From: Rhodospirillales bacterium
GTDB lineage: Bacteria; Pseudomonadota; Alphaproteobacteria; Rhodospirillales; 2-12-FULL-67-15
Assembly (NCBI GenBank): GCA_016872535.1
Contig: VGZQ01000002.1
Span: 9,514 to 73,513, forward strand
Direction of reading: 5' to 3'
Length of the DNA stretch: 64,000 nt
Each line of letters begins with the position of its first letter. Within the stretch, counting starts at the first letter, position 1. Shown one piece after another: positions 1-8,604 of the stretch. The notes beneath the pieces were generated by a model, which was not told the origin of the DNA, searched no databases, and was given only the letters and a program-made list of their open reading frames with translations. The position numbers and the translations under genes are program-made.

Positions 1-297
1 CTTGTGGCCGATGTAATGGAAATCGCCGACCAGCGGCACGGTGACGCCGCGTCGTTCGAGCAGCTCGCGAATGCGGGGCACGGCGCGGGCGCTTTCTTCG
101 CGATCGACCGTGACGCGCACGAGTTCGGAGCCGGCCCGCGCGAGGTCGGCGACCTGCGCCGCCGTCGCCTCGGCGTCGGCGGTGTCGGTATTGGTCATCG
201 ACTGGACGACGATGGGCGCGCCGCCGCCGACGATCACGCCGCCGACGGACACGGGAACGCTCTGACGCCGGACTCCCGGCTCGACCGTGCTGGACAT
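1..297 (-). CDS. ispG: 4-hydroxy-3-methylbut-2-en-1-yl diphosphate synthase, N-terminal part (runs off window)
   Basis: Not in ORF track. My manual translation from ATG at 297 gives [41 protein letters not shown]...GSELVRVTV...[12 protein letters not shown], the IspG N-terminal signature. Confidence 0.95.
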   Translation of the reverse strand, partial: MSSTVEPGVRRQSVPVSVGGVIVGGGAPIVVQSMTNTDTADAEATAAQVADLARAGSELVRVTVDREESARAVPRIRELLERRGVTVPLVGDFHYIGHK

Positions 298-357
298 GGA
301 AAAACCCGCTTCGACAGTTCGTTAAGTATCGCCTCTCGCAGGCCCGACCGCAATGGC

Positions 358-404
358 GCGCGCGGACACGTCCGCGCGCCCGATGCGGCGCCCCCTATGC
401 GGGG
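358..404 (+). repeat. Intergenic relative of the short palindromic element family
   Basis: GCGCGCGGA-cacg-TCCGCGCGC (9-bp stem, 358-379) followed by CCCCC-TATGC-GGGG (391-404); same two-part layout as the coding copies at 5516-5570 and 9986-10040. Confidence 0.6.
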
Positions 405-419
405 TCCGCGGGCGCGGTG

Positions 420-1526
420 CTATTCGGATACGGCGGTGCCTTGCTTAAGGCGTTCGGCGTCGAGCGCGATCGAACGTCGGACCGCGCCTTCGGGACCGAG
501 CGACGGTACGGCCGCGCCATCGACGCGGATCTCAAGCGCCCCGGCGTTGCCCGTGAGCAGGCTCAACCCCTCGCGATCGGGCGCCGTGTAGGTCTCGCCC
601 TCGCGCAAGAGCCGGGTGAGGAGAAGCTCGTTGGCGCCGCCGTCGCGCACCTGGATCCAGCTGTCGGCCTTGGCCAGCACCTCGATGCGCGGGCGTTTCG
701 GCTTTTCGGGCGGCGTTGCCGCCGGCGCCAAGGCCGCGATCGCCGTTTGTGTCGCCGTCGGAGCTGCCGCGGGTGGGAGCGAGGAAGCGGACGACGGGAC
801 CGGCACCGAGGCAGCCACGGACGGAGGCGCCGGAGTGAGCGTGGGTGCGGGCGCGGCGGCGGTCACGCTGGAAGGTGGGGCGGAAGGCGCAGACTGCGTA
901 TCGGCCTGTGCGCCGAACGACGAGGCCGCCGGCGGAGCCACCGATGTGACGATGGGCGAGGACACGACGACGGCAGGAAGCGCAGCCGCCGCCGGCGCCG
1001 GAAGAGACACCGGAGACTTGCTCTCGTTGATTGCAGGCAACGCGGTCGCGGTCGCGGCGGGCGGCGGAGCGGTCCGGCCGTCGTCGCGCGCGAGACGCTC
1101 CGGAACGGGCGAGACGCGCGCGATCGAATCGCCATCGCGCGACGTTCCCGCGAGATATGCGCCGTAGGCGACCGCCGCCACCACCAAGCCGACCATCACG
1201 ACCGCTCCGCTCGGCATCGAACTGTCGGACAGCGGCACCGGGAAAGACAACGGTGGTTTTGTGACGGCAATCTCCGTTTCCACGCGCAACCGACGAACTA
1301 CTTCCTCGCCGTCGAGCCCGAGATAGTTGGCGTAGGTGCGCACGAAGCCCAGCGCGTACGCCGGGCCGGGTAATTCGTTGAAGCGACCGGCTTCGATCGC
1401 CTCGAGGTGGCAGAGGCGAATGCGCAGCGCATCCGCGACCTGCGACAACTCCTCTCCGCAACGGACACGGCTTGCGCGCAACAACGCGCCGACGCCTTCA
1501 CCGCTCTTGGCTTTCGTTTCTTCCAT
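420..1526 (-). CDS. rodZ: RodZ-like helix-turn-helix / DUF4115 membrane protein
   Basis: N-terminal HTH (VGALLRASR...LRIRLCHLEAIEAG...YALGFVRTYANYLGLD), one TM segment, Pro/Ala linker, C-terminal SWIQVRD...GNAGALEI domain; adjacent to ispG. Start placed at ATG 1526 (track start 1583). Confidence 0.88.
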   Translation of the reverse strand: MEETKAKSGEGVGALLRASRVRCGEELSQVADALRIRLCHLEAIEAGRFNELPGPAYALGFVRTYANYLGLDGEEVVRRLRVETEIAVTKPPLSFPVPLSDSSMPSGAVVMVGLVVAAVAYGAYLAGTSRDGDSIARVSPVPERLARDDGRTAPPPAATATALPAINESKSPVSLPAPAAAALPAVVVSSPIVTSVAPPAASSFGAQADTQSAPSAPPSSVTAAAPAPTLTPAPPSVAASVPVPSSASSLPPAAAPTATQTAIAALAPAATPPEKPKRPRIEVLAKADSWIQVRDGGANELLLTRLLREGETYTAPDREGLSLLTGNAGALEIRVDGAAVPSLGPEGAVRRSIALDAERLKQGTAVSE

Positions 1527-1626
1527 CAGTCCGGCCAAAACGAGTTCTCCGTTTTCTCGCGCGCGGTGAAAGGAATTTTGCAAAAAAATCGAGTAATTTC
1601 AAGAGCAAATGGATTTTCGCCGAAAA

Positions 1627-3933
1627 TTACACCGCGAGCCCGCGCTGGCGCGCAAACCTTTCGAGCGCCGCGCGCGGCGGTTCCCGGCCGTCGCCGGTGA
1701 CGGTCTGCAGTAACGCCTTGACCTCGTTAAGGTTAACCGACCGGATCATGTCCTTGATGAGTCCGATCGCCGGCGGTGACATGGACAGGTCGCGAAAGCC
1801 CAAGCCGATCAAAGCCAGCGCCTCGAGCGGACGGCCGGCCATTTCTCCGCACAACCCCACCGGGCAGCCGGCGCGCCCGGCGCGCGCGACGATATCGCCG
1901 AGGCATGTAAGCACCGGAGGCGACAGGGGGTCGTAGCGTTCCGCCAATCCCGGCGCGGTACGGTCGCTGGCGAACAGAAATTGCAGGAGATCGTTGCTGC
2001 CGACGGAAACGAAATCCGCGCGCGCAAACAGAGCCTCCAGATCGAACAGCAGCGAGGGCACTTCGAGCATCGCGCCGACACGGAACGGTTCGGGAAGCCT
2101 TCGTCCGGCCTTGCGCTCGCGCGCGATCTCGCGTTCGAAGATCGCGCGCGCGGATTCGAATTCCTGAACCGTAGCGATCATCGGGAACATGACGCGCAAT
2201 TCGCTACCCGCCGCCGCCTGGATAAGCGCGCGCGCTTGCTGACGCAGGATCGCGGGCCGGTCGAACGCGACCCGGATCGCCCGCCAGCCCATCGCCGGAT
2301 TTTCTTCGCCCGCGCGGTCCCAATAGGGCGCCATTTTGTCGCCGCCGACGTCGAGCGTGCGAAAGACAACCGGTTTTCCCCTGGCCTGCTCGCGGACGCG
2401 CACGTAGAGATCGCGCTGGGCGGCGACATCGGGAAACGTCGGCCGGACCAGAAACGGAATCTCGGTGCGGTAGAGACCTACTCCGTCGGCGCCGAATTCG
2501 TGCATCAGGCTCATGTCGAGCAAAAGACCGGCGTTGATGTTGACCGCGATTCGCACTCCGTCACGGGTGACGGCGGGTTCGTCGCGTCGCTCGACGTAAC
2601 CGGCGCGCCGCTCGGCACCGGCGCGAATCGCGTCGCGGAACGCTTTTTTCACGTCCTCGCCGGGGCGAACGATCACCTGGGCGTTGTCGCCGTCGACCAC
2701 CACGTCGTCGCCCGGCTCGATCTCGGCGAGCGCGCGGGCGCAACGGCCGACGATCGGGATTTCGAGCGCGCGCGCGAGCAACGCGGCGTGCGACGTCGCC
2801 GAGCCTTCTTCCAGCACCACGCCGCGCAAACGGGCGGGATCGAAGTCGAGCAACTCGGCGGGTCCGAGCGCGCGGGCCACCAGCACAATGTGTTCGGGCA
2901 AGGCCGGACGCGGGCCGCCGTCGCGCCCGGGCGCGCCGTCGATCAGATGCTGGATCAGCCGGTTGGCGAGATCGTCGAAATCGTCCACCCGTTCGCGCAA
3001 ATAGGGATCGTCGACCTGGGCCAGTCGCGCGCGGATGTCGTTCTGGACCTTTTGCACCGCCGCTTCGGCGGTCAGGCCGCCGTCGATCGCCGCCTCGATC
3101 CGGCCGAGCCAACCGGCGTCCTCGGCGATCATCCGGTAGGTGTCGAGCACGTCGCGGTGCGCGCCGGCGGCTTTCAGTTTTCCCGCGCCGAACAGTTCGT
3201 CGAGAGCGCCGTGCATGTCGGCGAAGGCGCGCCCGAGCCGCTCGCGTTCGGCTGCCGGATCGTCGGCGACCATGCGATCGATGGCAAAGCGCGGGCGATG
3301 CAGAACTGCGGTGCCCAGGCCGACGCCGGGGGAAAGTCGCGTGCCGACGAGCCGTTGCGGCTTGGTCGCAATCACGCCCGCCTCGCGCGCGCCGGCCGCC
3401 TGACCGAAGCGCGCGCCCGCGATCATCTCGGCGAGCACCATGGCCACCGTCTGGAGGGTTTCCACTTCCTCGTCGGTGTAATGGCGCCGGGTCCGATTTT
3501 GGACCGCGACCACGCCGACGACAAAGCCGTCGCGCAGGATCGGCACGCCCATCATCGAGTGGTAGATTTCCTCGCCGGTTTCCGGTCGGTAGGCGAAATT
3601 GGGGTGGGCCTGGGCGTCGGCGAGCGCGAAAGGCCGCGCGCCGGCGGCGATATCCCCGACGATGCCCTCGCCCACCTTCAGCCGGGTCCGGTGCACCGCC
3701 TCGGGCTTCAAGCCCTGGGTCGCGAACAACTCCAACACGTCGCCCGGCCGGCGGACATAGATCGAACACACCTCGGCCACCATGTCGGCGGCGATCACGG
3801 CGACGAGCCGCTGAAGGCGGCTGCCGGCGTCGCCCGGCCCGGCCATAACGTCGCGCACGCGCGCAAGCAGGCGCCGCGACGCCGGTTGCGTCTTGGACGA
3901 ATGAAACGGCGGATGCGAATCGTGCGGGATCAT
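1627..3933 (-). CDS. ptsP: Phosphoenolpyruvate-protein phosphotransferase EI-Ntr (GAF domain + EI)
   Basis: N-terminal GAF (VCSIYV...LELFATQGL), TSHAA phospho-His motif, GVGLYRTE, FRTLDVGGDK, VGAMLEVP, SVGSNDLLQF. Confidence 0.96.
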   Translation of the reverse strand: MIPHDSHPPFHSSKTQPASRRLLARVRDVMAGPGDAGSRLQRLVAVIAADMVAEVCSIYVRRPGDVLELFATQGLKPEAVHRTRLKVGEGIVGDIAAGARPFALADAQAHPNFAYRPETGEEIYHSMMGVPILRDGFVVGVVAVQNRTRRHYTDEEVETLQTVAMVLAEMIAGARFGQAAGAREAGVIATKPQRLVGTRLSPGVGLGTAVLHRPRFAIDRMVADDPAAERERLGRAFADMHGALDELFGAGKLKAAGAHRDVLDTYRMIAEDAGWLGRIEAAIDGGLTAEAAVQKVQNDIRARLAQVDDPYLRERVDDFDDLANRLIQHLIDGAPGRDGGPRPALPEHIVLVARALGPAELLDFDPARLRGVVLEEGSATSHAALLARALEIPIVGRCARALAEIEPGDDVVVDGDNAQVIVRPGEDVKKAFRDAIRAGAERRAGYVERRDEPAVTRDGVRIAVNINAGLLLDMSLMHEFGADGVGLYRTEIPFLVRPTFPDVAAQRDLYVRVREQARGKPVVFRTLDVGGDKMAPYWDRAGEENPAMGWRAIRVAFDRPAILRQQARALIQAAAGSELRVMFPMIATVQEFESARAIFEREIARERKAGRRLPEPFRVGAMLEVPSLLFDLEALFARADFVSVGSNDLLQFLFASDRTAPGLAERYDPLSPPVLTCLGDIVARAGRAGCPVGLCGEMAGRPLEALALIGLGFRDLSMSPPAIGLIKDMIRSVNLNEVKALLQTVTGDGREPPRAALERFARQRGLAV

Positions 3934-3991
3934 GCTCGCGATCGCCTGAAATCCGGCGGGACCGCCCCTTTGCGATCCCTCCGCCGCCGCC

Positions 3992-5239
3992 TTAGTCGGC
4001 GTCGAGACCGTAGGCCGAATGCAGCGCGCGGACGGCGAGTTCGGTGTATTCCTCGGCGATCAGAACGCTGATCTTGATTTCCGACGTGGTGATCGCCTGG
4101 ATGTTGATGCCTTTCTCGGCGAGCGCGCGGAACATGCCGAGCGCGACGCCGGCGTGGCTGCGCATGCCGACGCCGATAACCGAGACTTTGACCACGTTCT
4201 TGTCTTGGATCAGCCCGGCGTAGCCGAGGTCCTTCTTGCGCGCCTCCAGGATGGCGACGGCGCGATCCAGGTCCGCCTTGGTCACGGTGAAGGTGAGATC
4301 CGTGGTCTTGCCGTCGGCGGAGACGTTCTGGACGATCACGTCGACGTTGACATTGGCGTCCGCGAGCGGGCCGAATACGGCCGCGGCCACGCCGGGTCGG
4401 TCGGCAACCGCCGCGAGCGTGATTTTCGCTTCATCGCGGCTGTAGGCGACGCCGCTGACCAGGGCTTTTTCCACGATTTCGTCCTCGTCCACCACCAGGG
4501 TTCCGGGCGCGTCGGAGAAACTCGACAGCACCTGCAGCCGGACGCCCTGCTTCATCGCCAGTTCGACCGAGCGCGTCTGCAGAACCTTCGCGCCGACCGA
4601 AGCCATTTCGAGCATTTCTTCGTAGGTGATTTTATCGAGCTTCCTCGCTTTGGCAACGATGCGCGGATCGGTGGTGTAAACCCCGTCCACGTCCGTATAA
4701 ATGTCGCAGCGGTCGGCCTTGAGCGCGGCCGCCAGCGCCACCGCGCTGGTGTCGGAGCCGCCGCGCCCGAGCGTGGTCACCCGCCCGTTTCGCGTCACGC
4801 CCTGAAAACCGGGCACGATCGGCACCTCGCCCGCGGCCATCGCCGCCAGCAAATCCTCGGCCGCGATCGAGTCGATGCGCGCCTTGCTATGGGCCTCGTC
4901 GCTCATGATCGGAATTTGCCAGGATAGCCAGGAGCGCGATTTAAGGCCGAGCGCTTGCAGCGCGAGCGCGGTCAGGCCCGTGGTCACCTGTTCGCCGGTT
5001 GCCACCACCACGTCGTATTCGCGATCGGCGGCGAGCGCCGCGCCGGGGTCGTGCGCCGCGCGACCGCGGAGTTCGTTGACCCAGGTGACCAGTTGGTTGG
5101 TGACCCCGGACATGGCCGAAACCACCACCGCAACCTCGTGACCGGCGTCGCGCTCGCGCTTGACGCGCGCGGCCACCGCCCGGATGCGCTCCAGGTCCGC
5201 GACCGAGGTGCCGCCGAATTTCATCACGATCCGCGCCAT
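3992..5239 (-). CDS. lysC: Aspartate kinase
   Basis: MARIVMKFGGTSV, TLGRGGSDTSAVA, DVDGVYTTDPR, two ACT domains ending TSEIKISVLI. Start at ATG 5239. Confidence 0.97.
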   Translation of the reverse strand: MARIVMKFGGTSVADLERIRAVAARVKRERDAGHEVAVVVSAMSGVTNQLVTWVNELRGRAAHDPGAALAADREYDVVVATGEQVTTGLTALALQALGLKSRSWLSWQIPIMSDEAHSKARIDSIAAEDLLAAMAAGEVPIVPGFQGVTRNGRVTTLGRGGSDTSAVALAAALKADRCDIYTDVDGVYTTDPRIVAKARKLDKITYEEMLEMASVGAKVLQTRSVELAMKQGVRLQVLSSFSDAPGTLVVDEDEIVEKALVSGVAYSRDEAKITLAAVADRPGVAAAVFGPLADANVNVDVIVQNVSADGKTTDLTFTVTKADLDRAVAILEARKKDLGYAGLIQDKNVVKVSVIGVGMRSHAGVALGMFRALAEKGINIQAITTSEIKISVLIAEEYTELAVRALHSAYGLDAD

Positions 5240-5286
5240 GGGAGCCTTTCGCTCGTGGATGCGGGTTGCGCCGTGGAAAGCGGGGT

Positions 5287-5315
5287 TACATACTCTGTCG
5301 GCACCCGACTGGCAA
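5287..5315 (-). promoter_or_regulatory. Candidate sigma70 promoter for lysC
   Basis: Minus strand TTGCCA-N17-TATGTA; the spacer holds a GTCGG-gtg-CCGAC inverted repeat. Pattern match only. Confidence 0.35.
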
Positions 5316-5324
5316 TAAGCCGAC

Positions 5325-6266
5325 ATGGCCGCTCCCCGCACCCGCTTGCGCCCGACGCCCCGGCGCTACCCCTCGACGCGAGACGAGGACGAAATCGCCC
5401 GCTTCGAGGCCGACGCCGGGGATTGGTGGCGATCCGACGGCGCCTTCGCGGCGCTGCACCGCCTCAACCCGGTCCGCATCGCCTTTATCCGCGACGCCGT
5501 CTTGGCGCACTTCGGGCGCTCCGGTAGGGGCGCGTCATCCAAATATGCGCGCGGGGATTCGCCCGCGCGCCCGTTGAAGGGCCTCGACGTGCTCGATGTC
5601 GGCTGCGGCGGCGGCATCGTGTGCGAGCCGCTCGCCCGGCTCGGCGCGCGCGTGACCGGGATCGACGCCGGCGCCGACAACGTGCGCGCAGCCGCCCTGC
5701 ACGCCCGCGCCTCGCGTCTCGACATCACCTATCGCACCGCCGCGCCCGAAGACTTGATTCGCGACAAGGCCCGCTTCGACGTCGTGCTCAACATGGAGGT
5801 GATCGAGCACGTCGCCGAGCCGGGCGCGTTCGTCGAAACCTGCGCCGCGCTGGTGCGGCCGGGCGGGCTGATGGTGCTCGCCACCCTCAACCGCACGCTG
5901 AAGTCGCTGCTGCTCGGCAAGATCGCGGCGGAATACGTGCTCGGCTGGATACCGCCCGGTACCCACGATTGGAGCAAGTTCGTCCGGCCGGACGAACTGG
6001 CGGGCATGCTTGCGAACGCGGGGTGCGTCGCCATCCGCCGGGCGGGTGTCGCGTTCGATCCGTGGCGGGGCGAATGGCGTCTCGCCGACGATCTCGGCGT
6101 CAATTACATGATGGCGGCGGCGAAAGAGAGAAAGCGCGATCCAGCGCGGCGGCGCGGGCCGGCGCGGCCTGTTCAGCTGTCGCGACGGGGACGGCCCGGC
6201 AGGGGAAAAACCTCAATGCCCTCGTCGTCGAGGCGGCGGGTGTCGTCCGGGCTGGCCTCGCCGTAG
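5325..6266 (+). CDS. ubiG: Ubiquinone biosynthesis O-methyltransferase, with 17-aa insertion and extended C-terminus
   Basis: EIARF...WW...LHRLNPVRIAFIR, VLDVGCGGG, EVIEHV, GTHDWSKF, NYMM; divergent from lysC as is usual in Alphaproteobacteria. Confidence 0.93.
   Translation: MAAPRTRLRPTPRRYPSTRDEDEIARFEADAGDWWRSDGAFAALHRLNPVRIAFIRDAVLAHFGRSGRGASSKYARGDSPARPLKGLDVLDVGCGGGIVCEPLARLGARVTGIDAGADNVRAAALHARASRLDITYRTAAPEDLIRDKARFDVVLNMEVIEHVAEPGAFVETCAALVRPGGLMVLATLNRTLKSLLLGKIAAEYVLGWIPPGTHDWSKFVRPDELAGMLANAGCVAIRRAGVAFDPWRGEWRLADDLGVNYMMAAAKERKRDPARRRGPARPVQLSRRGRPGRGKTSMPSSSRRRVSSGLASP
5516..5570 (-). repeat. Palindromic element inside ubiG (antisense orientation)
   Basis: GCGCGCGGG-GATTCG-CCCGCGCGC at 5547-5570. 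The reverse complement of 5516-5570 matches 9986-10040 at 47/55 positions without gaps (hand count). Confidence 0.85.
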
Positions 6267-6619
6267 ATGCCGCGCTCCGGCTTCTTTTCGCCGTAATGAA
6301 TGCGGCGGGCTTCCTCGGGAAAGGCGTCGCCGACGTAATCGCAGTTCTCCTCGACGTGACGGCGGATCTTGCCGAACGCCTCCGCCACTTTGCCGGCGAT
6401 GGTGTGGGCGGCGTCATCCTTGGACTCCACATCGCCGCGGCTTCCGACCACGCCCCTGCCGATGACGTTGGGCGCCATCGGCGCCTTGGCGATCTTGGTC
6501 GAGCCGCAAAACGGGCATTCGACCGCGCCCTTGCGATTCTGCGCCTCGAAGCCGGCGCTGCCCTTGAACCAGGCTTCGAACTCGTGATTTTTCGCGCAGC
6601 GGAGTTGATAAAGGATCAT
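6173..6619 (-). CDS. DUF1178 family protein
   Basis: MILYQLRC...HEFEAWF, CPFCGS, KAPMAP, DYVGDAFPEEARRIHYGE, IYGEAS, EGIEVFPLP. Confidence 0.92.
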   Translation of the reverse strand: MILYQLRCAKNHEFEAWFKGSAGFEAQNRKGAVECPFCGSTKIAKAPMAPNVIGRGVVGSRGDVESKDDAAHTIAGKVAEAFGKIRRHVEENCDYVGDAFPEEARRIHYGEKKPERGIYGEASPDDTRRLDDEGIEVFPLPGRPRRDS

Positions 6620-6702
6620 GGTCCGAAAACTTGGCATATCCGGGGGTGTTTTAAAATGGGAAATGTCCGGGACGCCGGAACGGATTTCCGACCATCACCG
6701 TG

Positions 6703-7830
6703 TCAGACGGCTCCGATCCACGCCATAAGGTCCCGCGCGCGGTGCTTCCATGTGTGATGTTGCGCCTGCCAAGCCCGACCGTTGGCCGCGATCCGCTCCG
6801 TCTCCCGATTGCGCGCGAGCCGACGGCCGATGTTGTCCGCCGCGTCGGCCATGTCGAGTCGAATAACCGCCTCCTCGGGGGCGTGCGCATCGAACCAGCG
6901 CGTCGGCACGGTCGCGGCCGCCGCGCCCGCGGCTTGGGCGTCGAATACCCGCTCGTGGGTTCCGTGAAATCCGGTGCAGGCGTTGAGCACGATCTTCGCG
7001 CGCGCCATCAACGCCTGAATCTCGTCCGCCGGACGCACGCCGAGAAAAACGAAACCGCAGTCCGCGTGACGCGCGGCAAACGCGTCCCATCCGCCCCCGG
7101 CCACGGTCACCGGCAGCCCTCGAAGCGACTCCAACAGTCGCCAGCGCGCATGGGCTCGCAAATAAACGTCGAGCGTCGCGAAGTACGGATGGATCGCGTA
7201 GGGGTTCCTGACATCGAGCCGGCCGCCGAGAATCTCTTCGATGGCCGCGGTCAACGGGCGCAGCGGCGCGGCGAGGTGGTTTTCGAGCACCGCGTTCAAT
7301 TCCGCGGCGACCTTGGCGCCGTGTCGGATCCAGCTTTCCCGCGTCCGTTCCGGATTCTCGCATCCGGTGGCCGGAAACAGGAGCGCAATGTCGCGCTCCG
7401 CCCACGGCCGGCCCGATCCCGGCTCGGCCGCGTGCGGCAAATGGCGAACCGCAATCGCCGGCGCGACGGCATGCCAATAGTCGAGATCGCAATCGGACAC
7501 CGTAGTGACGATCCGCCGTCGGATCGGAACCAAAACCTGATCGGCGTAGCCGACCAGCGGGTCGAAATAGATCGAAACCAACGGAAGCCCGATCCGGTCG
7601 AAGAGGTTGTTCTCGGCCCTGAGATCGAGACCGAGACCGGTCGCGCTGACGAAGAAATCCGCTTCGCCGCCTGCGACCGCCCGCCGCAACGTTTCGGCGA
7701 AGTCCGGCCGGCGAACGTCGAGCAGGGACGCACCCACGCCGCAAGCGGCGAGGCCCCGCGCCAATCCCGCCAGCATGCGTGCCACGTTGCCGTGGAGTAC
7801 GTCGCCGGTGAACAGTATGGCCTTCTTCAT
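6703..7830 (-). CDS. Glycosyltransferase-like protein (GT-B, CgeB/Glyco_trans_1_2-like C-terminus)
   Basis: C-terminal VTVAGGGW...MARAKIVLNACTGFHGTHERVFDAQAAGAA...HTWKHRA pattern. Start at ATG 7830. Confidence 0.65.
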   Translation of the reverse strand: MKKAILFTGDVLHGNVARMLAGLARGLAACGVGASLLDVRRPDFAETLRRAVAGGEADFFVSATGLGLDLRAENNLFDRIGLPLVSIYFDPLVGYADQVLVPIRRRIVTTVSDCDLDYWHAVAPAIAVRHLPHAAEPGSGRPWAERDIALLFPATGCENPERTRESWIRHGAKVAAELNAVLENHLAAPLRPLTAAIEEILGGRLDVRNPYAIHPYFATLDVYLRAHARWRLLESLRGLPVTVAGGGWDAFAARHADCGFVFLGVRPADEIQALMARAKIVLNACTGFHGTHERVFDAQAAGAAAATVPTRWFDAHAPEEAVIRLDMADAADNIGRRLARNRETERIAANGRAWQAQHHTWKHRARDLMAWIGAV

Positions 7831-7920
7831 TCGTAGGGTTTCGAACCGTGAACTCCGACCGTCGGGGAGTATATTCGGCGGCAGGCGAAATCGTGCATAA
7901 TGATGATGGTCCCGCCCGAC

Positions 7921-8604
7921 ATGATGCCCGAATCCGCAAAGACCGACGACGAGCTCCGCGCCCGCCACCTGCGCGTGGCCGAGCCGTCCCCCTGGGTCGC
8001 GCGTTTCGCCCACCTGGTTCCGGCCAAGGGCTTGGTGCTCGATCTCGCCTGCGGCGGCGGACGACACGCGCGCTATTTCGCCGGGCGCAGCCACCCGGTA
8101 GTGGCGCTCGACCGCGACACGACGGCGCTCAGGGAATCCGCTCCGGCCGGCGTCGAAATCCTCACCGCCGATCTCGAGAACGGCGCGCCGGTGTTCGATC
8201 CGCCCGGTCCGCTCGCCGGACGCGCGTTTGCCGGCATCGTTGTCGTCAATTATTTGTATCGCCCGCTTTTGCCCCGGCTACTCGCCCTGCTCAATCCCGG
8301 CGGCGCGTTGATCTACGAAACCTTCGCGCGCGGCAACGAACGCTTCACCCGGCCGCGCAATCCCGATCACCTGCTGAAGGCGGGCGAGCTGCTGGAATTC
8401 GCGCGCGGCAGGCTCCAGGTCGTCGCCTACGAGCACGGGATAGTCGAGGGCGATCCGATCCCCGGCGTCAAACAACGCCTCGCCGCCGTCAACGACCTCG
8501 GACGTTCGACCCGCGCGGCGGCGGGCGAATCCCTGCCGCCAAATGACAAAGGCCGCGAGGATTCGCTCGCGGCGGGCGAGCCGGAACCGCATCCGCTCGC
8601 TTAG
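7921..8604 (+). CDS. Class I SAM-dependent methyltransferase (TehB-like)
   Basis: PSPWV, VLDLACGGGRH, IVVVNYLYRPL, LIYETFARGNERFTRPRNPDHLLKAGELL. Alternative start at 7900. Confidence 0.85.
   Translation: MMPESAKTDDELRARHLRVAEPSPWVARFAHLVPAKGLVLDLACGGGRHARYFAGRSHPVVALDRDTTALRESAPAGVEILTADLENGAPVFDPPGPLAGRAFAGIVVVNYLYRPLLPRLLALLNPGGALIYETFARGNERFTRPRNPDHLLKAGELLEFARGRLQVVAYEHGIVEGDPIPGVKQRLAAVNDLGRSTRAAAGESLPPNDKGREDSLAAGEPEPHPLA
8517..8579 (+). repeat. Inverted doublet of CGAATC-loop hairpins inside the methyltransferase 3' end
   Basis: GGCGGCGGG-CGAATC-CCTGCCGCC (8517-8540) and GCCGCGAG-GATTCG-CTCGCGGC (8552-8573); 11-bp direct repeat GCGGCGGGCGA at 8518 and 8569, 51 nt apart. Confidence 0.75.

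Noticed and set aside
700-1080. Pro/Ala/Ser-rich low-complexity stretch in RodZ
   Set aside because: Ordinary disordered periplasmic linker of this family.
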